Assembly: GCF_006345805.1 (NCBI RefSeq)
Contig: NW_021831829.1
Coordinates: 1 to 64,000, forward strand
Reading direction: 5' to 3'
Source of the DNA: Octopus sinensis
Taxonomy: Eukaryota
Length of the DNA: 64,000 bases
This document shows, piece by piece, positions 63,165 to 64,000 of this stretch (position 1 is its first letter; the number at the start of each line of letters is the position of its first letter). Made by a program: the position numbers and the translations under genes. The notes below the pieces were generated by a model, which did not search any database, was not told where the DNA came from, and was given only the letters and a program-made list of their open reading frames with translations.

Positions 63165-64000
63165 TTGGGTTACGTGCATATATACATATATATGCATATA
63201 TATATATATATATATATATATACAAATAGATAGATATATATGTATATATATATAATATATATATATATAGTATGATATGTGATATGATGTGTATATGTAC
63301 ATGCATGAGCGTGTATATACTCGCAGACTTGAATATATAATTATATAAATATAATAATATGTATATGTCTATATGATGGGGGGTGATGGCATCTATCTAT
63401 CTCTATATATATATATGCAGTTACTAACACTTATATACGAAACGATATATAAAAAGGTATATAGATCTATATATGCGACAATGTGTATGTGTAAGTGTGT
63501 ACATACATATGCACATATACACATACACTCATATATTCTGTATATATAAATAAATAGTAGAAATGTATGTTTGTATGTATGTACGTGTACATATATATAC
63601 TGATAGATAGTTGATATATAAATTCATAGCACCACACACACACGTAGATACATAAGTATATGTATACATGAGTATGTATACATATGTGGGAACGTGTGTG
63701 TGTGTGTGTGTGTGTATCACTTTGGTTTGAGGAATAATACATGAACTTTTGTCTTTCAAATTTAAAAATGCACGCGAAAATAAAACGCATTGGCAAATTG
63801 TTTCATGTCATTTGGGCGAGAATAAGTTGTTTTACAAGATAGTGTGTTTTGATTTTTTAAATTTTAAGGATTTTTGTGTAATTTCAGATCATTAAAATAG
63901 ATATTGAAGCTGACAAAACTGAGCCTTTTCGTCACCATTTGCTTTTTACATTTAATCGAGTTGTTAGGCCCGTTAGTTTTCGCGCTCCAAAAATGGAAAC

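Overview
This is eukaryotic, very AT-rich, microsatellite-dense intronic or intergenic DNA. The tRNA-derived SINE families look like those of octopus (a coleoid cephalopod); that assignment is from recall, not a search. No complete host gene is recognisable. Most ORFs in the supplied track are translated (TA)n, (TG)n, (GATA)n or (AAT)n tracts. The window is mainly transposon debris: Tc1 and mariner transposase relics, a Helitron fragment and Helitron-type non-autonomous elements, MITEs with 8-bp or TA TSDs, 3' ends of R4/Dong-like and Tx1-like LINEs, and more than 20 SINE copies, some in head-to-tail arrays. The main observations are: (1) a near-intact minimal type I hammerhead ribozyme at 24934-24987 (-) inside a Penelope-like inverted repeat, plus a second hammerhead-like family with a non-canonical CUGUWGA core at 310-347 and 58287-58324; (2) long palindromes whose arms carry mirrored substitutions; (3) a LINE 3' end flanked by a ~755-bp direct duplication that shares its tail with the commonest SINE; (4) an (AAT)n cluster loaded with R4/Dong-like ends. 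Three weak minus-strand coding candidates lie at 38.7-39.2, 48.4 and 51.8-52.1 kb. All alignments and folds were done by eye, so many repeat boundaries are approximate.
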